From Lama glama (Eukaryota), in contig CM052832.1 of NCBI GenBank assembly GCA_028534125.1, positions 14,014,001 to 14,078,000 on the forward strand: 64,000 nucleotides of DNA, read 5' to 3'. Shown one piece after another: positions 34,445-47,952 of this stretch. The stretch's first letter is position 1. Each line of letters starts with the position of its first letter. The translations under genes and the position numbers were made by a program. The notes under the pieces are model-generated. The model saw nothing but the letters and a program-made list of their open reading frames with translations, made no database searches and was not told where the DNA came from.

Positions 34445-37400
34445 AACATAAATTGCTTTTTAAAAAAAATTATCCAGATGCACTTTTTTTGGTGTTCTTA
34501 AATAAATTCAGAAAAACAAATGATTTCCCATTGTACTTGGTTTTGTTTAAATAGTCTTCAAGAAAGGTTGTTTTGGTTGGAAAACTATGGTGGGAGCCGA
34601 GCTGAAGAAATGAGACATCGAAAATTGTCATGAGACAGAACTGTTCAGCTCCTGGCTCTGATGCACAACCTGAAGTCAACACTGGGCTAAACGCAGTGGA
34701 ATCATGCATCTTTGTTCAAATGAACCAAAAAAAGTCAGGGAAACTAGGATTTTGTTTTTTCATTAATCAGTGGACCCTTCACCATTTTAACTGACTGTAA
34801 GGTAGGTTCATTTTGGGAAATCTATTTAATTCTGCTCTTTAATAAATATGTTAAGTGGAAGTAAGCATATGTCAGGTGATGTTCTGTGTTAAACATGTAT
34901 TTCCCCTTATCTAGCATATAGGAGATGATACTACATACACTGAATCCTGTGCAGAAGAAAGGGGGTGTGGGGCTGGGCTGGGGGCACACCTGTCTCCAGT
35001 TGTACCACTGAGGTCTACAGACAGGTCAATGCAGGCTCCAGGCATCTTTTATTCCTTCTGAATTCCTTGCTTCATCTCTGGATTTTAATTATACTCTCCT
35101 TTTGCTGCTAAATTATTTGGTAATGGAATAATTCCCTTTATTTGCATGTTTTTTCTAAATGAATAGTGATTAACTAGGGATCTTGAAGTTGAACAGAATT
35201 TCCCGGCTATAAATCTGTGGTTTTTAGCATGGTGCATTAGAATGTATCCAGGAAACTGTCACCAACACTGGTGACAAAGTGCATTGAATTTGAGCTGGTT
35301 TCATCAAAATCCCAAGCTCAGAATTCCCCAGCCTAGCTGTATGTCATTTCCATCAACTGGCTACTTACGTGTTTCAATAGCAATGACTGACAAGAGTGTA
35401 CATAAAAGGACCCCTCGGTGCTTCCTTTCAGATTTTTCTGTCCTATGTGTCTGACATTTCTTTGGGAGGTAGGGGAAAGCTATAGAGAAGGCACAATAAT
35501 TTTGACCGTGCTATTTGTATAATTCATCTCAATATACAGTTACAAATAATCTACATGTGTGACCTTAACAATACATTGCAAAAAAGGGACATCAGAATGT
35601 AACTCCCAAGACAACCTTTGGCCACACCTGTTGGAGTTAACTGCTACCTACAGATGAAACAACTCAAGCACAGTCCACAAAGTAGGAGTTCCCTAGAATC
35701 AAGAATGGGGAGGATCCAGAATGAAGTGACCAGCCCATCATCATCCAGGTCACTTGGATATACACTTTTAAAATCAGTCTTTTTCTAGTCTAAAGCATGA
35801 TTCTCTCGGCATATGGAATGAGATGTTGGTGGTTCCTTAAAATCCGCACGTATATGGTGGAACTGAAACAGCAACGTCGCCATAGGCCTCATATTCTACT
35901 TTGGAGGAAACGTGGGAAATTCACCAGTATGAAAGGATAAGGATGTTTTGCTTTTTAACATATGCTCTGGGTTGAGCTAAAAGAATTTCTGTGTTTGGTT
36001 TGTTTTTTTCAGATCCTTTTCTCTAGATATGAGAGCCTCCCCACCCATCACCTTGGAATCTGACTGGAGAAAGAAAAGGCAAAAGGTTTTCCTCCACACT
36101 CTGCTTGTTAGAGCCAACACTTCAGTGTCCATGTCTGGAGGGACCCCCACCTTTTTAATATAATCAAGGGCAAATAATACAATTTTCAGTCATTTGCCAG
36201 GTTTTGATGAGGGTAGGGTAGGGTAGGTACCAGCAGCTAAGAACAGTGACCAGGAAAAGCTGTCCTGCAGCCACAGCTAAAGCTGGTAATAACTACTACT
36301 CATTGCTTACTATGTGCCAGACAAACCCTCTTTACGCTCACCTTCCAGATAAAAGAATGTGGCTGCTGCATTGTTTCCACTTTCCAAATCTCACATAAGA
36401 TCATCTGGTCCTTACTAACCCAAAACAACGCAAGGAAGGAATTCTGGGGCGTGTATTTCAAACCTGGCTTAGTTGACAGGTAGCTAAGCCTTTCTTGAGG
36501 CATTAAATATTCCTGGCCTGGGTCTGCTTTGGATAATGTGCTTTCATAAAGTAACTTTAAAGCCAAAACAATGCCTACAGCAAGAAATTACCTCCTTAAA
36601 AGTTTCTTACCAAGGAGATAAGGTGGAAGAACCAGTAGCTAGTGATTGGTATCTGGGGATGGGACGACTAGTTCCAGTTACTCTACAGCCTGATCTGATG
36701 TCCACTCATAACCACATTGCCACACTGAGAACTTCAGATCTTTTCAGTCTAAAACCATGAACCCACATAGATGTTGCGCACTTCAGATACTGAAGTCTTC
36801 CTAAAGGTGACGCCAGGCTAAACACAGTAAACTCATGTGACCCCCACTGAGGGGTCAAGGAACCCTCATCACCCTCCCAGCATCTAGTACATATACCCAA
36901 TCCAGTACGTAGTAGACGCTCAACAAATCAGCGTCCAGTCCTTACTCATAGGCAGCCTTGCATCTCTGTCTCAGTGGTCCCTTCATTCTTGTTACTCATT
37001 TTGAGATGTGGAGGCCAGAACCACATGGTTTTCTAGCAATCCCTGCAACCTGATTTTGGTCTTTGAGGTGTTGGGAACCAGCAGCAACTTGACATGGGGT
37101 AGGGAGGCATAATCACAAAATGGCCTTCAGGCCACACTGATCTGAAATCTGTCCACTCACACTGATCACGGTTCTTCAGCCTGAGTGTGAAGATTCTGGG
37201 AAGATGGCAGAGTAGGAAGTACCAGGAATCTCCCTTTCACCTAGACAACAATTACACTGGCAGAATCTGCCTGATGTAACTATTTTGGAATTTTGGAGTC
37301 TGTTGAAGCTTTGCAACTTCCAGGCATAGGTGGTAAATGGTAGACAATGCCAATTTCAGTCCCTAGCACAATGGCAGCTACCCATCTACCACCAGCAGCC

Positions 37401-38502
37401 ACGTGGCAGGCAGCTCTGCGAGTTTTCTAGAGCGGCTTGTGGGAGTAGGGTGGGCAAAAAGGACTCTGTTCCCTGAGTATCAGGGATCCATGCTCTGAAT
37501 ACTGATTGCTGCATGGTTACTGAGGTGCAAAGAGGCAGGCAGCCATTGTTTCACACACACACACTCCCATCATTGGTTCAGGTGACTTCTAAGGGGATTT
37601 AAAGGACTAACAACCTTCACCCCACCCTTCATGTTTTACATTTTCCCCTTTCAGGAGCCAGACATTAAAGACTAAGACATCCCAAAACAACTGCCTAGAC
37701 AGGGAAAATGAGAAAGTGACCACACATGCCCAGGGAAAGGCCCAAAAAGACCTGAGAAAGCATCAGACTGACTCTCAGCACAGAGATAGCCTACAACACT
37801 CAAAAAATGAATAGCAACACAAACTAGCAAAACATGAGGATGAAGGATAATCTGATTTCCAGAGTTAATACCACATTAGATTCAAATGGCCAGTGTTCAA
37901 CAACAAAAAATCACAAGACACACAAACAAGAAAGCATGCCCTATTCAAAGGGAAAAAGAATTCAACAGAATCTTTCCCTGAAAAAGACCTGGTAACAGAT
38001 GTACTACCAAAATTTTTAAATAACTGTTTTAAAGACGCTCAGAGAACTAAAGGTAGATAAAAGGTCAAGAAAACCAATGTGTAAACAAAATGGAAATATC
38101 AATAGACATTAAAAAAAAACAACAACAACTAAAGAAAAACCAGAAAGAAATTCTGGAGCTGAAAAGCACAGTAACTGCAATGAAAAATTCACTAGACACG
38201 GTCAGAGGCAGATTTGAGAAGGCAAAGAAAGAGCCAGTGAACATTAAGACAGGACAATGGAAATTATTGAGACTGAAGAACAGAAAGAAAAAAGGCTGAA
38301 GAAAAGTGAACAGAGCCTAAGGGACCTGTAGGACACTTTCAAGTGGACCAACATATGCATCATGAGAGTCCAGAGGAAGGAGAAAGTAAGGGGCCAGAGA
38401 GAGTATCAAAGGACACAGTGGCTGAAAAGTTCCTAAATTTGATTAAACACATGAATGTAAACATCCAAGAATCTCAACAAGTTTCAAGTAAGATTAACTC
38501 AA

Positions 38503-41500
38503 TATGCTATTAAACAACAAATTGGTCACTGAAGTAATCAAAGAGGAAACAGAAAATACATGACCACAAATAGCAAATGGAAACACAATGATTCAAAAAT
38601 CTAATGGCATGCTGTAAAAGCAGATCTAAGAGGAAAGTTTATAACAATACAAGCTCATCTCAGGAAACAAGAAAAATCTCAAACAACCGAACCTCACACC
38701 TAAAGGAACTAGAAAAAGAATAAATAAAACCCAAAGTTAGTAGAAGGAAAGAAATCATAAAGGTCAGAGCAGAAATGAATGAAATAGAGAACCCCCCCAA
38801 AAAAAAAAGAAAAGAAAAAAGATCAATGAAACTAAGAACGGGTTGTTTGAAAAGATAAATTGATAAAACTTTTATCCAAATTCATGAGAAAAAAAAAAGA
38901 GGGAGCAAATAAAATCAGAAATGAAAAAGAAGCTACAACTGACACCATGGAATGCAAAGGATAATAAGAGATTACTACAAACAATATATACTAGTATATT
39001 ATATACATGCACATATATATACGTGTATATATCTGCTAGTAAAATGGACAGTCTAGAAGAAATGGATAAACTCCTAGAAACGTACAATCTCCCAAGACTG
39101 ACTCAGAAAGAAATACAAAATATGAACAGACCAACTACCAGTAAAAACTTGAATAAGTAATAAAATTTCCAACATACAAAAGTCCAGGACCAGATAGCTT
39201 CAGAGGTGAATTCTACATAACATTTTAAGAATTAATGCCTATCCTTCTTCAGCTATTTCAAATAATTGCAGAGAAAGGAATGCTTCCAAATTCATTGTAC
39301 AAGGCCAGCATTACCCTGATACCAAAACCAGACAAAAATACCACAAAAAGAAAATTATAGGCCAATATCCCTGATGAACATAGATGCAAAAATCCTCAAC
39401 AAAATATTAGCAAACCAAATTCAACCACACATTAAAAGGATCGTACACCACAATGAAGTGAGATTTATCCCAGGGATGAAAGAATGGTTCAATATCCACA
39501 AATCAGTCTATGTAATACCACATTAACAAAATGAATAAAATCATATAATAATCTCAATAGATACAGAACAAGCTTTTCACAAAATTCAACATCCATTTAT
39601 GACCAAAATTCTTACAAAGTGGATATAGAGGGAACACATTTCATTATAATCAAGGCCATATATGACAAACTGACAGCCAACAGCATACTCAGTAGTGAAA
39701 AGCTTAAAGTATTTCCTCTAAGATCAGGATGCCCACTCTAGCCACTTTCATTCAACATAGTATGGGAAGTCCCAGCCACAGCAATCAGATAAAAAGAAAA
39801 GGAATCCAAATTAGTACAGAAGTAAAACTGTCACTTTTTGCAGATGACATGATACTATATACAGAAAGTTATAAATGTGTCACAAAAAACTATTAGAACT
39901 AATAAATGAATGCAGTAAAGTTGCAGGATACAAAATTAATATACAGAAATGTGTTTTTATACACTTAACAGCAATCAGAAACAGCAATTAAGAAAACAAC
40001 CCCATTACAATTGCATCCACAAGAATAAAATATCTAGGAATAAATCTAAGGAGTTAAAAGATCTGTACTTGGAAAACTGTAAGATACTGATGAAAGAAAT
40101 TGAAGATGACAAAAACAAATGGAAAGATGTAACATGTTCATGGATTGGAAGAATTAACAGTTAAAATGACCATACTCCTCAAGGCAATCTAAAAATTTGA
40201 TGCAATCCCTATCAAAATATCAATGGCAGTTTTCATAGAAACAAAATAAATTATTCTAAAATGTGTATGGAAACACAAAAGACCCTAAATAGCCAAAACA
40301 ATCTTAAGAAAGAAGAATAAAGCTGGAAGTATTATACTCCCTGATTATTAACTATACTATAAAGCTATAGTAATCAAAACAGTACACTGACAGCACAAAC
40401 ACAGATACACAGATCAACAGAATAGAACAGAGCCTAGATGAACCCACACTTACAGGGTAATTAGTCTGCAAGAGAGGAGACAAGAATATTCAATGGGAAA
40501 GAGACAGTCTCTTCAATAAATTGTGTTTGGAAACTGAAAAGTTACCTGCAAAAGAACCAGAATCAAACTGGACTACTCTCATACCATGCACAAAAATAAA
40601 TTCAAAAGGGATCAAAATGGGGGAAGGTATAGCTCAGTGGTAGAGCGCATGCCTAGTATGCACAAGGTCCTAGGTTCAATCCTCAGTACCACTATTTTAA
40701 AAATAATAATAATCATAATTTTAAAAGACAAAAACAAAATGGATTAAAGACTTAAACGTAAGACCTGCAACCATAAAACTCCTAGATGAAAACATAGGCA
40801 GTGCACTCTTTGACAATGGTCTTAGCAATAGTTTTTGGTTATGCCTCCTCAGGCAAGGGAAACAAGAGCAAAAATAAACAAATGAAACTATATCAAACTA
40901 AAAAGCTTTTACACAGTGAAGGAAATTACCAACAAAATGAAAAGGCCACCTAATGAACTGGGGAAGATATTTGTAAATGATGTATCTGATAAGTGGTTAA
41001 CATTCAAAATATACAAAGAACTCATACAACTTAACACCAAGAGAAACCAAACAACCCAACTTAAAAATGAGCAGAATAGACATTTTTCCAAAGAAGACAT
41101 ACAGATAGCCAACAGGCGTATGAAAAGATGCTCAATATCACTAATCATCAAGGAAATGCACATCAAAATCATAATAAGATATCACCTCACACCTATCAGA
41201 ATGACTATTATCAAAAAGACAATCAACGGTAAGTACTGGTAAGTATGCGGAGAGAAGGGAACCCGTGTGCACTGTTGGTGGGAATGTCAATTAATGCAGC
41301 CACTATGGAAAACAGTATGGAGGTTCCTCAAAAAATTAAAAATAGAAGTACCAAAAAATCCAGCAATTTCACTTCTGGGTATTTTTCCAAATAAAACAGA
41401 AACAATAATTCAAAAAGACATATGCACCCCTATGTTCACTGAAGCATTATTCACAACAGCCAAGATATGGAAGCAACCTAAGTGTCCGTCAATAGATGAC

Positions 41501-41995
41501 TAGATAAAAAGATGTGGTGTGTGTGTGGAACATTATTTAGCCATAAAAAGACTGAAATCTTGCCATCTACCGCAACATGGGTGGACCTAGAGGTATTACA
41601 CTAAGTGAATTAAGTCAGACAGCGAAAGACACATACCATATGATTTCCTTTACTTGTGTAATCTAAAAAACAAAACAGATGAACAAATAAAATTAAACAG
41701 AGTTATAGATACAGAAACAAATATGTGGCTGCAAGAGGTGAAGGGGTGGAGGATGAGTGAAATAGGCAAGAGAAATTAAGAGGTACAAACCTCCAGTTTC
41801 AAAATAAATTAGCCATAGAGGTGGAACATACAGCATGGGGAATATAGTCAATAATAATGTAAAATCTTTGTACGGTGCCCAATGGTAACTAGACTTATCA
41901 TAGTGATCATTTTGTAATGCACAGAAATAGCAAATCACTATGTTGTAGCACTAGAGGTCAATTATACTTCAAAACACAAACTCACAGAAAAAAAG
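38503..41995 (+). mobile_element. 5'-truncated L1MA-like element inserted in ORF1 of the older L1
   Basis: Abrupt switch from ORF1 to mid-ORF2 at ~38503. RT region (tttgcagatgacatgata, FADDM, ~39838), Cys-rich C-terminus ([20 protein letters not shown]) and 3' UTR, then host ORF1 resumes ~42000. Confidence 0.8.
40619..40734 (+). mobile_element. tRNA-derived SINE (Vic-1-like) inside L1
   Basis: gggggaaggtatagctcagtggtagagcgcatgcctagtatgcacaaggtcctaggttcaatcc. TSD caaaatgg at 40613 and 40735. Confidence 0.9.
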
Positions 41996-42383
41996 GTTGG
42001 CGGCCAGAAGTTGGTGAGCCAATATAGCTAAAGTACTCAACTTAAAAATAGTCAACCAAAAATCCTCTATCCAGCAAAACTGTCTTTCAAAAGTGAGGAA
42101 GAAACTAAGGTAATCCCAGATAAACAAAATCTGAGCGAGACTGTGACCACTTAGACCTGCTCTGTAAGAGATGTTCAAGGAAGTCCTGCAAGGTTAAGTG
42201 TGGGCCCTAGAAAGTACCTCAAAGTCACATGGAGAAATAAAGATTTCAATAAAGGTAAATACATGGGTAATAAGAGCTAGTATTATAAAAATGACTTATA
42301 ACTGTACTTTGTTTTCTACATGATTTAATAGACAAATGCATCTAAAGAAAAGAGTAATTATCAATGTAAAAGTTTGCATTACT

Positions 42384-42588
42384 GGGGGGAGGGTATAGCT
42401 CAGTGGTAGAATGTGTGCTTAGCATTCATGAGGTTCAGGGTTCAATCCCCAGTACCTCCATTAAAATAAATAAATAATAAATCTAATTACCTCCCTCAAA
42501 AAATAAAAATTAAAAATCATTAAAAATAAAAAAAATTGTTAAGTGAAAACTTAAAAAGAAACTACTTAAAAAAAAGTTTTAAAACAAA
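42384..42588 (+). mobile_element. tRNA-derived SINE (Vic-1-like) with long A-rich tail, inside L1
   Basis: ggggggagggtatagctcagtggtaga…ggttcaatccccagtacctcc. TSD tttgcattactg / tttgtattactg. Confidence 0.9.
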
Positions 42589-44556
42589 TTTGTATTACTG
42601 TAACTTTGGTTTGTATCTCCAAATCTTGTTTTCCTCATAATTTAGGAGACTAAATTAGAAGACTCATACATTTAAAAGAATGATTATGTTTAAAGGCACA
42701 CAATGTATAAAAATGTAATTTTATGTCAGACAACTGAAATGGTTGGGAATGGAGCTGTAAAGAAGCAGATTTTGTGTGTTCTAAAACTGCTATAAATTCA
42801 AATTAGAATATTATAACTTTATGTTAAATGTAATCTCTATGGTAACTGAAAAAAATAGCTATAGAATATATAAAGAAGGAAATAAGGGATTTAAACATTT
42901 CATTCAAAAAAATCAACTAAAGAAGACAGGAATACAGGAAATGAGGGGCAAAAAACTACAAGGCATATAGAAAGCAAATACCACAATGACAGAAGTCTCT
43001 TCCTATAAGTAATAACTTTAAATGTAAACTCTCCTCCATTCAAAAGACAGAGATGGGCAGAATGGATGAAAACACACGATCTCAGTATATGCTGCCTATG
43101 AGAGACTGACTTGGGATCCAAAATCCTTTCAGGATTTAAGAAAAAAAAAATACTCCATGCAAATTGTAACCGAAAGAGAGCAGGAGTGGCTATACTAACA
43201 TCAGACAAAATAGGCTTTAAATCAAAAAAGTTTACAAAACCAAGAACATTATATATTAATAACAGTTTCAACACAGCAAGAAGATTTAACAACTACAACA
43301 TTTAAGCACCTAATGACAGACCATCAAAATATATGAAGCAAAAATGGAAAGAACTGAAGGGAGAAATAGACATTTCTACAGTAACAGTTGGAGACATCAA
43401 TACCCTACTTGTAAGAATGGACAGACTAGACAGAGGATAATGAAGGAAATAGAGAACTTAAAACAAACTAGATCTAACAGACACATACAGACACCACCCA
43501 ACAACAGGAAATATATTCTTCTCAAGTGCACATGGGACATTTTCCAAGACAGAGCATATGTCAGGCCACAAATTAAGTCGCAATAGATTTTAAAAGATAA
43601 ATGTCTTACAAAGTATCTTCTCTGATCACAGTAAGATGAAATTAGAAATCAATAATATGAAGAAAACTGCAAAGTTCACAAAACTGTGGAAATGAACACA
43701 CTTTTAAACAAACCAGGGGTCAAAAATAAATCACAAGGGATATTGAAATACTTAGAGAAAAATGAAAATGAAAACACAACATACCAAAATTTATGAGACA
43801 CAGCAAAGTGGTACTAAGGTGGAATTTTTTAGCTCTAAAAGCTTACACTGAAAAACAAGAAAGATCTCAAATCAACAACCTAACTTTATAATTTAAGGAA
43901 CTAGAAAAAGAAGAACAAACTAAACCCAAAACAAAAGAAAGGAAACAATAAAGATAAGAACAGATATAAATGAAATGGAGAATAGAAAAGTATAGAAAAA
44001 TCAATGAAACCAAAAGTTAGTTCTTTGAAAAGATCAAGAAATTGACAAAAATTTAGCTAGATAGGCCAAAAAAGAGAGAGAAGACAAGTTACTAAAATCA
44101 GAAATGAAATTGGGGACATTAGTTCCAATTCTATAGAAATACAAAGGACCATAAAAACCACTATGAACAATTACATACCAAAAACTTGGACAAACTAGAA
44201 GAAATGGATAAACTTCTAGAAACATACAATCTACCAAGACTGAATCAAGAAGAAATAGAAAATCTGAGATCAATTACTAGTAAGGAGATGAAATCAATAA
44301 TCAAAAAATCTCCCAATGACAAAAGCCCAGGACCAGATGGCTTCACTGGTGAATTGTATCAAACATTTAAAGAAAAATTAACACCAATCCTTCTCAAATT
44401 CTTCTAAAAAATCGGAGAGGTGGGAACACTCCCAAAATCATTTTATGAGGCCAGCATTACCCTGATATGAAACCCAGACAAGGACACTCCAAGAAAACTA
44501 CAGCCCAATATCCCTAATGAATATACACATAAAAATTATTAATAAAATATTAGCAA

Positions 44557-44709
44557 GGGGGAGAGGGGATAGCTCAAGTGGTAGAGTGCATGCTTAACAT
44601 GCACAAGGTCCTGGGTTCAATCCCCAGTACCTCCTTCAAAAAAAAACCACATAAGTAAACCTAATTACCTCTCCCCTAAAAAACAGAAAAAAAAAAAAAA
44701 GGAAAAAAA
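44557..44709 (+). mobile_element. tRNA-derived SINE (Vic-1-like) inside L1 ORF2
   Basis: ggggagaggggatagctcaagtggtagagtgcatgcttaacatgcacaaggtcctgggttcaatcccc plus A tail. L1 text (aaaatattagcaa…) is duplicated around it. Confidence 0.9.
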
Positions 44710-46232
44710 TTAGGAAACTGAATTCAACATTACATTAAAAGAAAAATTCACCGTGATCAAGTGGGATTTATTTCAACGATACAAGTACAGTTCAACATCT
44801 GCAAATCAAATAGAATGAAAGAAAAAAATTCATATGATCAACTCAATAGACACAGAAAAAGCATGACAAAATTCAAGATCCATTTACAATGAAATAGCAA
44901 TGAATTAGGTACAGAAAAAAAATGTACCTCAACATAATAAAAGCCATTTATGACAAGCCCACAGCTAATACCACACTCAACAGTGAAAAACTGACAGTTC
45001 TTCCTGTAAGATCAGAAACAAAACAAGGGTGCCCACCCTCACCACTCCTATTCAACATAGTACTGAACATCTCATCCAGAGCAATTAGGCAAGAAAAATA
45101 AGTAAAAGGCACCAGAATTGAAAAGGAAGAAATAAAATTATCTCCATTTACAGATGATATGATTTTATATACACAAAACCCCAAAGACTCCACCAAAAAA
45201 CTGTTAGAACTAAGAGCAACGTCAGTAAAGTTGCAGAATACTAGGTTAACATTAAGCAAGCAGTAATGCTTTTATATACTAACAAGAATTACCTGAAAAA
45301 GAATTTAAGAAAATAATCCCATTTACAATAACATCAAAAATACTTAGGAATAAATTTAACCAAGGAGATGAAAAATCTCTGCACTGAAAGCCATAAGACA
45401 TCAATAAGAGAAATCAAAGAAGACACAAGTAAGTGGAAAGGCACCCCATGCCCATGGAGTAGAAGAATTACTATTGTTTAAATGTCCCACACTACCCAAG
45501 TCACCGATACATTCAATGCAACCCCTATTAAGATTCCAATGGCATTTTTTTCAGAAGCAGAAATAATACTCCACATATTTATATGGAACTATAAAAGACC
45601 CCAAATAGCCAAAACAATCCTGACCAAGAAGAACAAAGCAGGAGGCATCATTCCTGATTCCAGCCTATATTGCAAACCTACTGTAATAAAAGGAGTTTGC
45701 TACTCACACAAAACCAAATATATATACCAGTGGAACAGAACTGAGAGCCCAGAAATATACCCATGCATATGTGGTCAACTAACATTTATCAAGAGAGCCA
45801 ACAATACCTAATGGAGAAGACACTCTCTTCAATACAATGATGGTGGGAAAATTAGACATTCACATGTAAAAGAATGAAACCAGACCCCTATCTCATGTCA
45901 CTCACAAGAATTAACTTGAAATGGACTGAAGATTTAAACTGTAAGACCAAAACCCATAAAACTCTTAGAAGAAAACAGGAAAAAATGCTCCTTGATGTGG
46001 GTCTCAGCAATAACTTTTTGGATACGACACCTAAAGCACAAGCAACAAAATCAAAAATAATCAAACAAAACTACATCAAACTGAAAAGCTTCTGCAAAGC
46101 AAGAGAAATGATCAACAAAATAAAACACTCTACAGAATCAGAAAAAAATGTTTGCAAATCATATATGACAAGAGATTAAATCTGAAATATATAAAGGATG
46201 CACACAACTCAATAGCAAAAACAAAATGAATA

Positions 46233-46572
46233 CAGTTGACCTTTGGGCAATGTGGGGATTAGGGGCACCCCCCTCCAATGAGCAGTCAAAAATCCATGTT
46301 TATCTTTATAGCTGGCCCTTTGTGGGGGGTTAATTAGGTTTATTATTTTTTTAGAGGAAGCACTGGGGATCGGACCTAGCACCTTGTGTATGCTAAGCAT
46401 GCACTCTACAACTTGAGCTATACCCTACCCACTCGTTGGCCCTTCTTATTCTCAGTTCCACATCCATGGATCCAACCAACCACAGATCATGCAGTACTGT
46501 AGTTACCACTCAAAAAAATCCACATGTAAGTGGACCTTTGTAGTTCATACTCATATTGTTCGAGGGTCATTA
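46233..46572. mobile_element. Tigger2-derived MITE (MER8-like) inside L1
   Basis: TA-cagttgacctttgggcaa… at the left and …ttgttcgagggtca at the right (inverted termini). Internal ttaggggcacc…agtcaaaaatccatgt. Confidence 0.7.
46322..46431 (-). mobile_element. tRNA-derived SINE (Vic-1-like) inside the MITE
   Basis: …tgctaagcatgcactctacaacttgagctataccc on the + strand (SINE head reversed). Flanked by tggccctt duplication. Confidence 0.88.
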
Positions 46573-47202
46573 TAAACCAATTAAAAATGGGCAAAGTATC
46601 TCAATCAACATTTTTCCAAAGAACATATAAAAATGGCCAACAGGTACGTGAAAAGGTGCTCAACATCAGGGAAATCATCAGGGAAATGCAAATTGAAACC
46701 ACACGGAAATATCACCTCATACCTATTAGAATGGCTATCATCAAAAAGAAGATAAACACTGGCAATGATGTGGAGAAAAGGGAACTCTTGTGCACTGTTG
46801 GTGGCGTGGTAAATTGGTACAGTCATGGAAAAACATATGGAGGTTGCCCAAAAAATTAAAAATAGAAATACCATATGATTCAGCAATACTATTTCTGGGA
46901 ATATATCCAAAGGAAATGAAAACACTATGTCAAAGAGATATCTGCACCCCCATGTTCTTTGCAGCACTATTTACAATAGCCAAGACATGGAAACAACCTA
47001 AGTGTCCATCGACAGATGATTGGGTAAAGAAGTAGTGGTATATACACAGTGGAACATTATTCAGCCATAAAAAGGGAGGAAATCTTGCCATTTGCAAAAA
47101 CATGGATGGACCTTGAGGGTATTATGCTAAGTGAAATAAGTCAGAGAAAGAAAAACACTGTATCATCTCACTTATATGTGAATCTTTAAAAAAAAACTCA
47201 GA

Positions 47203-47523
47203 TATATGTAGAATCTAAAAAAGTGATACAAATAAACTTATTTACAAAACAGAAAGACTCACAGACATAGAAAATGAACTTACGGTTACCAAAGGGAAGA
47301 GGGAAAGGGGTAAATTAGGAGTTTGGGATTAACAAATACACACTACTATATATAGAATAAACAACAAGGGCCTACTATTTAGAACAGGGAACTATATGCA
47401 ATATCTTGTAATAACCTATAATGGAAAAGAATAGATACATGTATGTGTGTATAACTGAATCACTTTGCTATATACCTGACACTAACACAACACTGTAAAT
47501 CAATGATACTTCAGTAAAAAATT
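47203..47523 (+). mobile_element. L1 3' end nested in another L1 3' UTR
   Basis: gaatctaaaaaagtgatacaaataaacttatttacaaaacagaa…tatacctgacactaacacaacactgtaaatcaa. Flanking duplication aactcaga (47195, 47524). Confidence 0.75.
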
Positions 47524-47828
47524 AACTCAGAGAAAAAGATCAGATCTGTGGTTACCAGAGGTGGGGGGTGGGGTAATTGGATGAAAGTGGTCCAAAGGTA
47601 CAAACTAACAGTTATAAATCAGTACTAGGGATGTGATGTACAACTTGATGATTTTAGTTACCACTGCTTTATGATATACGGTGGAGTTATGAGTAGATTC
47701 TAAGAGTTCTCATCACAAGGAAAAAACACATTTTTCCTTCTTTTTGTATCTACACAAGATGATGGACATTAATTAAACTTATGGAATCATTTCACAAGAT
47801 GTGACAGTCGGGGTACGCTGTACATTTT

Positions 47829-47952
47829 TTTTTAACATTTTTTATTGATTTATAATCATTTTACAATGTTGTGTCAAATTCCAGTGTTCAGCACAATTTT
47901 TCAGTCATTCATGGACATATACACACTCATTGTCACATTTTTTTCTCTGTGA
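47829..47952 (-). mobile_element. Very short young L1 3' end
   Basis: Near-identical to 5340-5460. Perfect 15-bp TSD tacgctgtacatttt at 47814-47828 and 47953-47967. Confidence 0.9.

Larger units (their letters stand above)
32311..34465 (+). other. FKBP5: FKBP5 3' UTR (approximate end)
   Basis: Repeat-free sequence follows the stop. ATTAAA at 34439-34444 is followed by an A-run (~34462) and a U/GU-rich tract (ttttttttggtgtt, ~34484-34496). Confidence 0.7.

Noticed and set aside
40619..40692. tRNA gene-like sequences (A box/B box)
   Set aside because: They have A-rich tails, target-site duplications and ten divergent copies, so they are SINEs rather than tRNA genes.
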